A DNA stretch of 64,000 nt from Dehalococcoidia bacterium (GTDB lineage Bacteria; Chloroflexota; Dehalococcoidia; Lucifugimonadales; CATQGZ01): the NCBI GenBank assembly GCA_965223945.1, contig CBDCXW010000008.1, positions 1,062,794 through 1,126,793 of the forward strand, written 5' to 3'. The position numbers and the translations under genes were made by a program. Shown here in pieces: positions 34,051 to 42,874 of the stretch (position 1 is the stretch's first letter; each line of letters starts with the position of its first letter). The notes under the pieces are model-generated. The model saw nothing but the letters and a program-made list of their open reading frames with translations, was not told the DNA's origin and searched no databases.

Positions 34051-35982
34051 CTACTCCACGACCTCGCCTGTGCTTGACGTATCGTATCCGCCCAGAGCCT
34101 CGACCGCAGACTTGAACTCGACGCTCCTGATCAGTCCGAGCAGCGGGGTCAGGAGACCGCCATCGTAGAAGTCGGCTGGAATTATGAGGTCATACTGCTC
34201 GTTCAGCAGCGGAACGAAGTCCAGTCCCATCGCCCTTGCAGCGGAGAGGATGCCCAGGCCGGTGTCGGCCCGTCCCGCCGCAACGGCTGCCGCGACTCCC
34301 AGGTGGGTGTACTCCTCCCGCTCGTAGCCTGCGATCCGGCCGGGTTCGGGACCGAGCCTCTTCAGCTTGTAGTCGAGAAGAACCCGCGTCCCCGAGCCGC
34401 GCTGGCGGTTGACGAACGACACGCCATCGCGAAAGAGGTCTTCGAGCGAGGCGATGCCCAGCGGGTTGCCACTCGGGACCATCAGTCCCTGCGTCCTGCC
34501 AACAAGGCGCACGATGGTTACATCCCGTCCTTCTAGATACCGGCGCACGAAGGGCACGTTGTATTCGCCGGTATCTTCGTCCAGCAGGTGGGAGCCTGCC
34601 AGGTGGGCCTCACCCCTCCGCAATGCCATGAGCCCCCCGAGGCTCCCGACGTTGGACGAGCTCAGCGTCAGACCCGGATCGGTCCGGCGTAAGAGGCTCG
34701 CCAACAGGTCGAGGGTCAGGTCGTGGCTGCCCGTCGCGACGATCTTTCTTTCGATCTCCTCTTCTGGCCGCAGCAGCTCGACCTCGACCTTCGATCCGGC
34801 TTCTACGCCTTCAGAGAGCCGTGGCACCGTCAGCAAGCCGTCGGCCCGCACCAGCGACGTGATGACTCCCGCGCCGCGCTGTATTGGAGTCGCTACCATC
34901 CTCTCGCCGACCCGCCCCAGGGCCACGCGGACGTGCTCGTCTTCCCCCATGGGAGACACCACCTTGCGGGCCATCCTGGCCTCGACTCGCTGCCTTCGCT
35001 GGGCTTGCACACCGAGCTTCAGCTCGACCAACGGCTTTACGAACAGCTCGCAGGTCAGCACGGCGGACACCGGGTAACCCGGGATGCCGAGCACGGGCTT
35101 GCCCTGCACGACGCCGAGGACGACCGGATGTCCCGGTCTGTACGCGACCCCGTGTACGATCAGTTCTCCCATCTCTTCCACGATCCGCGCCGTGTAGTCC
35201 TCGGACCCTGCGGAAGAGCCCGCGTTGATGATGACGATGTCGTGCCGGCGGACCGCCTCCTGCAGGGCGTTCCTGAGCCTGTCGAGATCGTCGGGGACAG
35301 GGGCAAGCCTCGCCGCATGGCCTCCCCATTCCTCTACGAGGCCCGCCAGAATGATCGAGTTGAACTCCACTATTTCGCCGGCCGCCGCGACCGATCCGGC
35401 GGCCACGAGCTCGCTGCCCGTGGGTATGACCGCAACCGTCGGTGGGCGCCTGACCATCACCTTGGTAACCCCCGCGGCGGCGCTCGCGCCGAGGTCTACC
35501 GGCCTCAGAACGTGGCTCTCGGGCAGGAGCAGCTCGCTGGCGACCATGTCTTCGCCGAGTGGACGCACATGGTAGTACGGCGGGACAGGCGCCTGGATTT
35601 CGACTGTCGCTTCGTCTATCTCATGGACGTGCTCGACCATCACGACCGCGTTGTACCCGTCGGGGACAGGATCGCCCGTATCGACCCATACAGCCTGTTC
35701 TCCGACGGTCAGACAAATGGGGGAGGTCTCCGACGCCCCGGTCGACTCGGCCGCCCTGACGGCGATGCCGTCCATGGCCGCCGAGTCGTAGTGTGGTGAG
35801 GACATCTGAACCCAGACCGGCCCGGCGGTGACCCGGCCGCCGGCGTCCTCGACAGGCACCTCTTCAGCGGGGGAGCGCGATAGAGCCCCAGCCTGTCGCA
35901 GGGCATCGTGGAACCTCTCGACCGCCTGATCGAGTGGGATGTTGCTGAGGTAGTAGCGGCGTCCTTTTTTCCTGAAAGACAT
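34051..35982 (-). CDS. moeA: MoeA-type molybdopterin metal-insertase fused to a C-terminal periplasmic-binding-protein-like domain
   Basis: 643 aa. MoeA core (..MDGIAVRA.., GIPGYPVSA) followed by about 230 aa of PBP/LysR-substrate-like sequence (GSHDLTLDLL...NRQRGSGTRVLLD). Confidence 0.85.
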   Translation of the reverse strand: MSFRKKGRRYYLSNIPLDQAVERFHDALRQAGALSRSPAEEVPVEDAGGRVTAGPVWVQMSSPHYDSAAMDGIAVRAAESTGASETSPICLTVGEQAVWVDTGDPVPDGYNAVVMVEHVHEIDEATVEIQAPVPPYYHVRPLGEDMVASELLLPESHVLRPVDLGASAAAGVTKVMVRRPPTVAVIPTGSELVAAGSVAAAGEIVEFNSIILAGLVEEWGGHAARLAPVPDDLDRLRNALQEAVRRHDIVIINAGSSAGSEDYTARIVEEMGELIVHGVAYRPGHPVVLGVVQGKPVLGIPGYPVSAVLTCELFVKPLVELKLGVQAQRRQRVEARMARKVVSPMGEDEHVRVALGRVGERMVATPIQRGAGVITSLVRADGLLTVPRLSEGVEAGSKVEVELLRPEEEIERKIVATGSHDLTLDLLASLLRRTDPGLTLSSSNVGSLGGLMALRRGEAHLAGSHLLDEDTGEYNVPFVRRYLEGRDVTIVRLVGRTQGLMVPSGNPLGIASLEDLFRDGVSFVNRQRGSGTRVLLDYKLKRLGPEPGRIAGYEREEYTHLGVAAAVAAGRADTGLGILSAARAMGLDFVPLLNEQYDLIIPADFYDGGLLTPLLGLIRSVEFKSAVEALGGYDTSSTGEVVE

Positions 35983-36133
35983 CCTAGTGGATGATCTCGA
36001 CGACTTCTGTCAAATCCGACGCCTGTGAGACGTGGCGTTCGGATGGGCAGTTCCGCCCGATCTTAGCATAGGCGGGTGGGGTTCGAACGGATCGGGGCCG
36101 CAACCAGGCCGGCAGTGCGTGAGTGAGCAGCCG

Positions 36134-36745
36134 TTACCGGCGAGGTCGCCCGCGCAGACCAAGCCAGATGAGTCCGGACGCCATGAACAACGCGGACGCG
36201 TCCTGAGGGCCGTGGCCTGCATACGACGCCAGGCCACATGACATGGAGCCTGATGGGCCACCATATGGCTCCGGCGTAGGACCTCTCGACCCGGGATCGG
36301 GCTTCTGGCCCTCCCCCAGCTCGTCGAAATCCTCCTGTGCGTACGCTACAGGCCGGGTCCGGCTGCACAGGCTCACGGTAGCGCCGTCTCTGGAGTAGAC
36401 GATGTACTCCTCTCCCTCAACGAACGTAAACCCGCAGCTCGCTCCCGATCGGGCGGTTGTGAGGGACATCGTTTCGTACGACGGCCCCTTCCATGCGGTG
36501 TGAATCTCAAACTCGACTGTTGTTGGGTCGGTCGTTGACCACGTGTCCGCTTTCGGGTGTTGGAACTCGCGTACGGAGGTGACCTTGCCGACAAACACAG
36601 TGGTGGACTCGGCCAGCTCTTCGGAAGGGGAGCCAGGAGCCGCACACGAGCATGCGTGGCTTACTCCTGTATTGGCGAAGAGCCACAAGCCACTTAGGGA
36701 AAGGCCCAAAGCCACCTGTATGGCGCGCATGGGGATACCACGCAT
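36134..36745 (-). CDS. secreted TIMP/NTR-like protein with a C-terminal hydrophobic anchor
   Basis: Signal peptide MRGIPMRAIQVALGLSLSGLWLFANTGVSHA, then a mature N-terminus CSCAAPGSP...VFVGKV.. (the Cys-x-Cys start of TIMP-like OB folds). The tail ALFMASGLIWLGLRGRPRR resembles a sorting signal. Start may be 36730, 36745 or 36772. Confidence 0.55.
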   Translation of the reverse strand: MRGIPMRAIQVALGLSLSGLWLFANTGVSHACSCAAPGSPSEELAESTTVFVGKVTSVREFQHPKADTWSTTDPTTVEFEIHTAWKGPSYETMSLTTARSGASCGFTFVEGEEYIVYSRDGATVSLCSRTRPVAYAQEDFDELGEGQKPDPGSRGPTPEPYGGPSGSMSCGLASYAGHGPQDASALFMASGLIWLGLRGRPRR

Positions 36746-36888
36746 TGTGCCCCGATTCCTCTCAATCCTCATTTTCCGCCTGACTCCCGACCGTCTCGGA
36801 CTCCGAGCGAACGCTCCGTTTGACGCGTCACAGGTACAGACGCAAGTTTCAGGTCGAAAGTTCCCGCTCGTTCGTCCGGAGGCTTCGC

Positions 36889-38124
36889 TCAGAAGAGGCT
36901 GACCTCGACCTCTTCGCCGGCGTACAGGCCCGCCTTGTCCGCTGGTACCCGTATCGTTCCGTCGGCCCGCACAAGCGAGTAGATCAGGTTGGATTTGCCG
37001 AAAACGGGCTCGGCCGTCCTTCCGCCTTCTCGTGCGCCGTTCAGCCTCACCTGGACGTGGTCCTCGCGGCCCGCCGCCGATGCCACGTCCCTTGTCAGGC
37101 GGGCCGTCACCGTTACCGGGCCGGGGGGAGGGTCGAGACCGCACAGGAGGTTCAGGGTTGGGCGCACCAGCAGGTCGAAAACCACCACCGCCGATACCGG
37201 ATTCCCAGGAAGTCCGAAGGCGGGCTTGCCGTCGACAAGCGCGACGATGGTGGGCTTGCCCGGCTTGAGCGAGATACCATGGGCCAACACACCGGGGCTG
37301 CCCAGTCCGTCAATGACCGAGGCGGTCAGGTCCCGGCTGCTGATGGAGCTTCCGGCAGAGAAGATGAGGATGTCGCCCTGTTCGAGGCCCCTGGCGGCGG
37401 CGGCCCGCTGCTCTTCATAGTCGTCCTTTGCGAGGCCGATCGGAATCGGTACGCCGCCATGCTTCTCGACCAGTGCCGAGATGGTGTACGTGTTGATGTC
37501 ACGGACCCGTCCGGGGCCGGGAGTCTCGCCCGGCGCAACGAGCTCGTCGCCGGTCGATACGATGGAGACCCTGGGACGCCTGGCGACCTGTAGGCTCGTA
37601 ATCCCAAGCGCGGTCAGACCGCCGATGTCCTGCGGTCTGATCAGATGGCCGGAGGGCACCACCTCCTCGCCGGTGCGAATGTCCTCGCCGACCATCAGGA
37701 CGTTCTCCCCCGGCGCCACGGGACGCAACACCTCTATGGTGGTCTCACCGGCGCGCTGAGTATGCTCCTCCATGACGACGGCGTCGGCGCCCTCGGCAAG
37801 CATGCCGCCGGTGAAGGCCCCTGCCGCCATGCCTATGCTCAGCGAGACAGCGGGGGGCCGCCCCATCGGGACCTCGCCCGCAATCTCCAGGTAGGCGGGC
37901 AGGCTCTCGGTCGCGCCGAAGGTGTCGGCTGCCCGTACCGAGTAGCCGTCCATCGTAGATCGTGGAAAGGAGGGAAGGTCTTCAGGCGATACGATCTCCG
38001 CGGCCGTCACGCGGCCGAGCGCTTCATGCGTTGGGACCGCCTCGGGCTCGACCCGAATCGAGAGGCGCTTCGTCAGTGTCTCCAGAGCGTCGTCGGGGGC
38101 CAGGACGTTGAAGAGCTCAGGCAT
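36889..38124 (-). CDS. moeA: molybdopterin molybdenum/tungsten transferase
   Basis: 411 aa. STMDGYSVRA and GLPGNPVSAVV are MoeA motifs. Confidence 0.9.
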   Translation of the reverse strand: MPELFNVLAPDDALETLTKRLSIRVEPEAVPTHEALGRVTAAEIVSPEDLPSFPRSTMDGYSVRAADTFGATESLPAYLEIAGEVPMGRPPAVSLSIGMAAGAFTGGMLAEGADAVVMEEHTQRAGETTIEVLRPVAPGENVLMVGEDIRTGEEVVPSGHLIRPQDIGGLTALGITSLQVARRPRVSIVSTGDELVAPGETPGPGRVRDINTYTISALVEKHGGVPIPIGLAKDDYEEQRAAAARGLEQGDILIFSAGSSISSRDLTASVIDGLGSPGVLAHGISLKPGKPTIVALVDGKPAFGLPGNPVSAVVVFDLLVRPTLNLLCGLDPPPGPVTVTARLTRDVASAAGREDHVQVRLNGAREGGRTAEPVFGKSNLIYSLVRADGTIRVPADKAGLYAGEEVEVSLF

Positions 38125-38139
38125 GCGCCGCCCTCAATC

Positions 38140-38166
38140 GTCACTCCGGCGGAGGCCGGAGTCCAG
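38140..38166. repeat. REP-like palindromic element, family A, copy 4
   Basis: GTCACTCCGGCGGAGGCCGGAGTCCAG between fhs and moeA. The following AGCGGGGTGGAGATGGGGA resembles the tail of copy 1. Confidence 0.85.
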
Positions 38167-38225
38167 CGGGGTGGAGATGGGGAGTTTTGCCAGAGTCGAT
38201 TCCAAACAGTGGTCGATTGCCTTGG

Positions 38226-39848
38226 TTACAGCCCCAGGATGTTGCCCTCTGCGTCCACGTCGAGCGTTCGGGGAGAGCCCGGCAGTCCCGGCATGGTCAC
38301 CATCGTTCCGGCGAGGGGGTAGATGAACCCGGCCCCGATAGAGGCCCGGACGTCGGAAACCTCGAAGACGTAGTCCTTCGGTACGCCCTTCAAGCGCGGG
38401 TTATGCGAAAGCGACAGGTGCGTCTTGGCTATGCAGACCGGCAGGTCTCCCCAGCCCAGGTCCCTGTAGGTCCTCAGTCGCCTGGCTGCCGGGGTGGCCC
38501 AGGCCACGTCGTCGGCGTTGTAGACCTTCCGGGCCAGTGCCTTGACCTTGTCCTCGATCGAGGACTCGCTGGGATAAGCGTAGGTGATCTCGGGCTGTTC
38601 GCCGTCCGTGGCTGAGACGACGGCCTCGGCGAGCTCGACGCATCCGGCGCCGCCCTCGGCGAATCCCCGGCTCTCCACCGCGGCGTATGCGCCCGCGGCC
38701 TCCGCCCGCTCCTTGACGGCAGCGAGCTCCTCGGCGGTGTCGGCCGGGAACCGGTTGATCGCAACGACGACAGGCAGGCCGAAGGACCTGATCACGCCGA
38801 TCAGGTGTGCAAGGATCGGCGAGCCTTTCTTGACGGCGTCGACGTTCGGGTTCTCCAGCTCGCGGAGTCGGACTCCCCCGTGTGACTTGATGGCGCGGAC
38901 GGATGCAACGAGCACAGCGGCGTAGGGCTCGAGGTCGTTGAACCTCGCCTTGATGTGCATGAACTTCTCGAAGCCAAGGTCGGCTCCGAAACCCGCTTCG
39001 GTCAGAACGTAGTCGGTGTATCCCAAGGCCAGCTTGTCCCCGACGACGGAGCTGCAGCCGTGGGCGATATTGCCGAACGGGCCGGCGTGGACGATGACGG
39101 GCTGGCCTTCGGTCGTCTGGACGATGTTCGGCAGGATGGCGTGCCTGAGCAGGGCCATCATAGAGCCGACAGCGCCGATGTCCTCCGCCGTCACGGGCTG
39201 CCCCTCGCCGGTGAATCCGACGACTATCCTGGACAGCCTCGCGCGCAGGTCTTCGAGACCTGAGGACAGGGCGAGCACGGCCATGACCTCGGAGGCGGTG
39301 ACTATGTCGAACCCGGACTCTCGCACCGGGGCGTTCGGCGAGCCTCCGAGGCCGGTGATGATCGATCTCAGCGCCCGTTCCTCGACGTCGGTGACTCGCC
39401 TCCAGGTGATGTCTTGTGGGGCGAAGCCTGGGATCTGGCCCCGCTGCGCGACGTTGTCGGTCAGAGCGGCCAGCAGGTTGTGGGCGGAGCCGACGGCGTG
39501 CGCATCGCCGGTGAAGTGGACGTTGACCTCGTCGTCGGGTACCACGGTTGCCTTGTCGCCGCCGGTGCCTCCACCCTTGATGCCGAATATGGGGCCGAGG
39601 GACGGCTCTCGCAGCGTGGCGGCGGCCCTTCGGCCGATCTTGCCCATGCCCTGTGTGATCCCGACGGTCGTGGTCGTCTTGCCCTCGCCGGCCCTGGTGG
39701 GAGTGATGCCGGTTACGACGACCAGCTTGCCCCTCTTTCCTTCGCCGCGTATGGCCGAGAGTGCGATCTTGGCCTTGTAGAGGCCGTAGGGTATGGTTGC
39801 CGCCGGGTCCAGACCCAGCTCTTCCGTCACTTCGGTGATGGGTCTCAT
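38226..39848 (-). CDS. fhs: formate--tetrahydrofolate ligase
   Basis: 540 aa. TPTRAGEGKTTTTVG and EPSLGPIFGIKGGGTGG are family motifs. Confidence 0.95.
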   Translation of the reverse strand: MRPITEVTEELGLDPAATIPYGLYKAKIALSAIRGEGKRGKLVVVTGITPTRAGEGKTTTTVGITQGMGKIGRRAAATLREPSLGPIFGIKGGGTGGDKATVVPDDEVNVHFTGDAHAVGSAHNLLAALTDNVAQRGQIPGFAPQDITWRRVTDVEERALRSIITGLGGSPNAPVRESGFDIVTASEVMAVLALSSGLEDLRARLSRIVVGFTGEGQPVTAEDIGAVGSMMALLRHAILPNIVQTTEGQPVIVHAGPFGNIAHGCSSVVGDKLALGYTDYVLTEAGFGADLGFEKFMHIKARFNDLEPYAAVLVASVRAIKSHGGVRLRELENPNVDAVKKGSPILAHLIGVIRSFGLPVVVAINRFPADTAEELAAVKERAEAAGAYAAVESRGFAEGGAGCVELAEAVVSATDGEQPEITYAYPSESSIEDKVKALARKVYNADDVAWATPAARRLRTYRDLGWGDLPVCIAKTHLSLSHNPRLKGVPKDYVFEVSDVRASIGAGFIYPLAGTMVTMPGLPGSPRTLDVDAEGNILGL

Positions 39849-39882
39849 TCGCTCTCCTCCAGCCCGTTCGGGCTAATGGGTG

Positions 39883-40437
39883 TCAATGCCGGTCCTGCAC
39901 GACCAGCGTGTCCACCATTTTGTCGTGAAGTGCCTGCCTGTCCGAGTCGAACAGAGGCCACAGATGGTCGACCACCCAGTAGATGCCTGCTGACATGCCC
40001 GAGAGAAATCCTCCGACCAGCCCCTTGATCACGAGTTCTCTCAGGAAGGTGTAGCCCCAGCCCGAAAGCTCGCCATTGCTCTTGATGACGCGAATGCCCA
40101 CCAGCTGCTTGCCTGGCGTCTGGCCCCGCCGCAGGGCGAGGAGCCACCATATGACATAGGCGGCGAAGACAGCGAGACTGCCCAGCGAGACGGCGATCAT
40201 CACCTCACGGAGACCGCCAATCCCCCAAGCCTCCGAGCTGTCCCTTCCTACGATGACGAGGACGTCGTTCCCTGTCTCTACCACCTCTGTCTCTACCACC
40301 TCTACGCCAACTAACAGAGAGAACAGCAACACCAGCGCCAATATGAACAATGGGAGGCTAAACAGCACCTTGTCGATTGCATAGGCCGCCAAGCGCTGTA
40401 GGAACGTCGCCAGCACCCAGCCGTGTCGTTCTTCCAT
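39883..40437 (-). CDS. RDD-family membrane protein
   Basis: RLAAYAIDKVLF... and QTPGKQLVGIRVI...LHDKMVDTLVV form the RDD pattern. Start taken at codon 13 of ORF 39883..40473. Confidence 0.7.
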   Translation of the reverse strand: MEERHGWVLATFLQRLAAYAIDKVLFSLPLFILALVLLFSLLVGVEVVETEVVETGNDVLVIVGRDSSEAWGIGGLREVMIAVSLGSLAVFAAYVIWWLLALRRGQTPGKQLVGIRVIKSNGELSGWGYTFLRELVIKGLVGGFLSGMSAGIYWVVDHLWPLFDSDRQALHDKMVDTLVVQDRH

Positions 40438-40507
40438 ATCGCCTACTCCTTGCCGCAGTTGAGATGGTACCACAGAGGAATGAAGGCAGTTGATTCACAA
40501 GGTGGAG

Positions 40508-41926
40508 CTAGCCTATGGACACGCCGCCAGAGAGTCCGGGCTCGGTCATCGTGGTCGGGTCCAGGATTTCGTCCAGCTCGTCGGGGGACAGGTCGGTGTC
40601 CTCGGTGGCGACCTCCTTGACCGTGCGGCCCGTGGTCTGGGCCTTCTTCGCGATCGCCGCGGAGGCGTCATAGCCTATGTGCGGTACGAGCGTCGTGACG
40701 ATGGCAAGGCCTCTCTCGACCATCTCCGGCCCCTTGCGGGTAGCGGTCAGGCCGCTAACGCACTGGCTGCCCAGGTTGCGGGCGGCGGCGGCGAGGAGGT
40801 CTATCGACTGGAGCAGGTTGTAGGCCGTGACCGGCATCATCACGTTTATCTCGAAATTGCCGGACTGACCGGCGACGGCGATGGCGGCGTCATTCCCGAT
40901 GACCTGGGCCGCCACCTGGCAGACCGACTCGGGGATGACCGGGTTGACCTTGCCCGGCATAATCGAGCTGCCCGGCTGTACATCCGGAAGCTCGATCTCG
41001 CCGATGCCCGCGCGAGGGCCGGAGCCCAGCCAGCGGATGTCGTTGGCGATCTTCATCAGGCTCACGGCCACGGTCTTCAGCGAGCCGCTGGCCTCGACCG
41101 CGGCGTCCAGGGTGCTCTGCGCCTGGAAGTGGTTGTCGGTCTCCCGGACCTCGACGCCGAGCGACTCCGAGAGTCTGGCACAGACCCGCTCCGCGAACTC
41201 AGGATGGGTGTTTACGCCCGTTCCCACGGCGGTTCCGCCCAGCGCGACCTCTGACAGTACGTCCGCGGCATGCTCGGCACGCCTGACTGAGCGCTTGATC
41301 TGCCCGGCGTACCCGCTGAACTCCTGTCCGAGCCAGATCGGCGTGGCGTCCTGGAGGTGCGTCCGCCCGGTCTTTATCACGCCCATGAACTCGGCGCTCT
41401 TGCGCTCGAGCTCGGCCTGGAGGCCGCGGAGAGCGGGCAGGAGGTCCTCTCGGATCGATGCCAGCGCGGCGAGGTGCATCGCGGTCGGTATGACGTCGTT
41501 GGACGACTGCCCCAGGTTCACGTGGTCGTTCGGGTGGATAGGGGTGCGCGAGCCTATCACTCCGCCCTTGATCTCGATGGCCCGGTTGGATATGACCTCG
41601 TTCGCGTTCATGTTCGTGGAGGTGCCCGAGCCGGTCTGGAAGATGTCGACCACGAACTCGGAGTCGAGCTTGCCATCGGCCACCTCCTGTGCGGCGGTGG
41701 CGATGGCTGCGGAGATATCCGAGTCGAGGAGGCCGAGGTCGGCGTTCGTATGTGCGGCGGCCAGCTTCACGTTGGCGAGGGCGCGTATGAAGGACCTGGG
41801 GAATCGCAGGTCGCTGATCGGGAAATTGACCACGGCGCGCATCGTCTGGGCGCCGTAGTAGGCGTCAACGGGCACCTCGAACTCCCCCATGGAGTCTCGT
41901 TCTATCCGCTTCTCGGTCATGTCCAC
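40508..41926 (-). CDS. fumC: class II fumarate hydratase
   Basis: 472 aa. QTGSGTSTNMNANEV, GQSSNDVIPTAMH and GSSIMPGKVNP. The QTGSGT/SSND pattern favours FumC over AspA. Confidence 0.88.
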   Translation of the reverse strand: MDMTEKRIERDSMGEFEVPVDAYYGAQTMRAVVNFPISDLRFPRSFIRALANVKLAAAHTNADLGLLDSDISAAIATAAQEVADGKLDSEFVVDIFQTGSGTSTNMNANEVISNRAIEIKGGVIGSRTPIHPNDHVNLGQSSNDVIPTAMHLAALASIREDLLPALRGLQAELERKSAEFMGVIKTGRTHLQDATPIWLGQEFSGYAGQIKRSVRRAEHAADVLSEVALGGTAVGTGVNTHPEFAERVCARLSESLGVEVRETDNHFQAQSTLDAAVEASGSLKTVAVSLMKIANDIRWLGSGPRAGIGEIELPDVQPGSSIMPGKVNPVIPESVCQVAAQVIGNDAAIAVAGQSGNFEINVMMPVTAYNLLQSIDLLAAAARNLGSQCVSGLTATRKGPEMVERGLAIVTTLVPHIGYDASAAIAKKAQTTGRTVKEVATEDTDLSPDELDEILDPTTMTEPGLSGGVSIG

Positions 41927-41934
41927 CTCGGCTG

Positions 41935-42576
41935 CTACTTCAGGTTGTCGTTCACGAATTCGATCACGCGTCTCGCCACGGACATCTCGTGGCCTACCAG
42001 GCCGTGGTCGGCGCCTGGCACCTCATACAGGTTCGCCGGGGACCTCATGTCGTCCAGCGCACGCTGCAGCTCGACGGAGGGCACGAGGCCGTCCCTCTGT
42101 CCGACGACGAACAGGCGGGGCCTCTTGTCCCGGCCCGTCTTCTTAGCCCTGGCCGACGAGAGGGACGGCGCGATGAGCGCGAAGCACCTGGCTGCCTTCA
42201 GGCGGCCTATGGCGTTCAGGACGGCCGACGCTCCAAACGAGTAACCGACAACGGCGAGCCGCTTTCCATCGAGTCCCGGCCAGCGCTTGAGCAGGTCGAG
42301 GGCCGACCTGACGTCCTGTTGCTCGCCCTCTCCATCGTCGAACTCACCCTCGCTCTCACCGACGCCGCGAAAGTTGAAGCGGAACGATGCCACTCCCTCA
42401 TCCGTCGCCGCGCGGCATATGGTGGTGACTACCGGGTTCTCCATGTTTCCGCCGAGCTTTGGGTGCGGGTGACACACGAGCAGGGCAGGGTGAGGTCCGG
42501 GTACGTCCTGGGGGGTTGCCAGGACGCCTTCAAGCGCGAGGCCCTTGCTCTTGAAGCCGATGGCGGTCTGTCTCAC
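41935..42576 (-). CDS. alpha/beta hydrolase (dienelactone-hydrolase-like)
   Basis: 213 aa, GTG start. LLVCHPHPKLGGNM...VVGYSFGA nucleophile elbow. Confidence 0.75.
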   Translation of the reverse strand: MRQTAIGFKSKGLALEGVLATPQDVPGPHPALLVCHPHPKLGGNMENPVVTTICRAATDEGVASFRFNFRGVGESEGEFDDGEGEQQDVRSALDLLKRWPGLDGKRLAVVGYSFGASAVLNAIGRLKAARCFALIAPSLSSARAKKTGRDKRPRLFVVGQRDGLVPSVELQRALDDMRSPANLYEVPGADHGLVGHEMSVARRVIEFVNDNLK

Positions 42577-42717
42577 GATGTGGTGCTCTAGGGCGATGGG
42601 TGTAAGCCTGGGATGGTCCAGCGTCCGTCAGGGTCTGGTTGCGAGGGAAATGTTAGCACGTGCGCGCCCGCGCTGGTGGATGTGTGGGTGTGGGCATAGG
42701 GGCTGACGGGTGCTGTG

Positions 42718-42778
42718 GGGGACGGTTTTGGGACGGGCAAGGAACACATTTGGAACACATAAGGACGATTGTGGAACA
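42718..42778 (+). repeat. six helically phased TGGRACA-like heptamers (forward array)
   Basis: GGGGACG 42718, TGGGACG 42729, AGGAACA 42740, TGGAACA 42751, AAGGACG 42761, TGGAACA 42772. Spacing is 10-11 bp. Confidence 0.85.
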
Positions 42779-42814
42779 CTTGATTCGTAGCTAATCCGGG
42801 CCGGTTTGTTCTTG

Positions 42815-42874
42815 GCGGGGCCGCGATTTCCGCGGAAACTGTTCCAAACTGTCCCACCTGTCCCATTCGTCCCG
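42815..42874 (-). repeat. heptamer module copy X (reverse array plus TTTCCGCGGAAA palindrome)
   Basis: On the plus strand: palindrome at 42827-42838, TGTTCCA 42840, TGTCCCA 42850, TGTCCCA 42859, CGTCCCG 42868. Its reverse complement aligns with 19816-19869. Confidence 0.85.

Noticed and set aside
36078-36088. GGGGTTCGAAC, which looks like a tRNA T-loop.
   Set aside because: The flanking bases cannot form the T-stem or an acceptor stem, so no cloverleaf can be drawn.
42699-42710. GGGGCTGACGGG, which resembles a tmRNA 5' end.
   Set aside because: No tRNA-like T-arm (GGTTCGAnTCC), no CCA-proximal acceptor complement and no tag-peptide reading frame occur within 300-400 nt on either strand.
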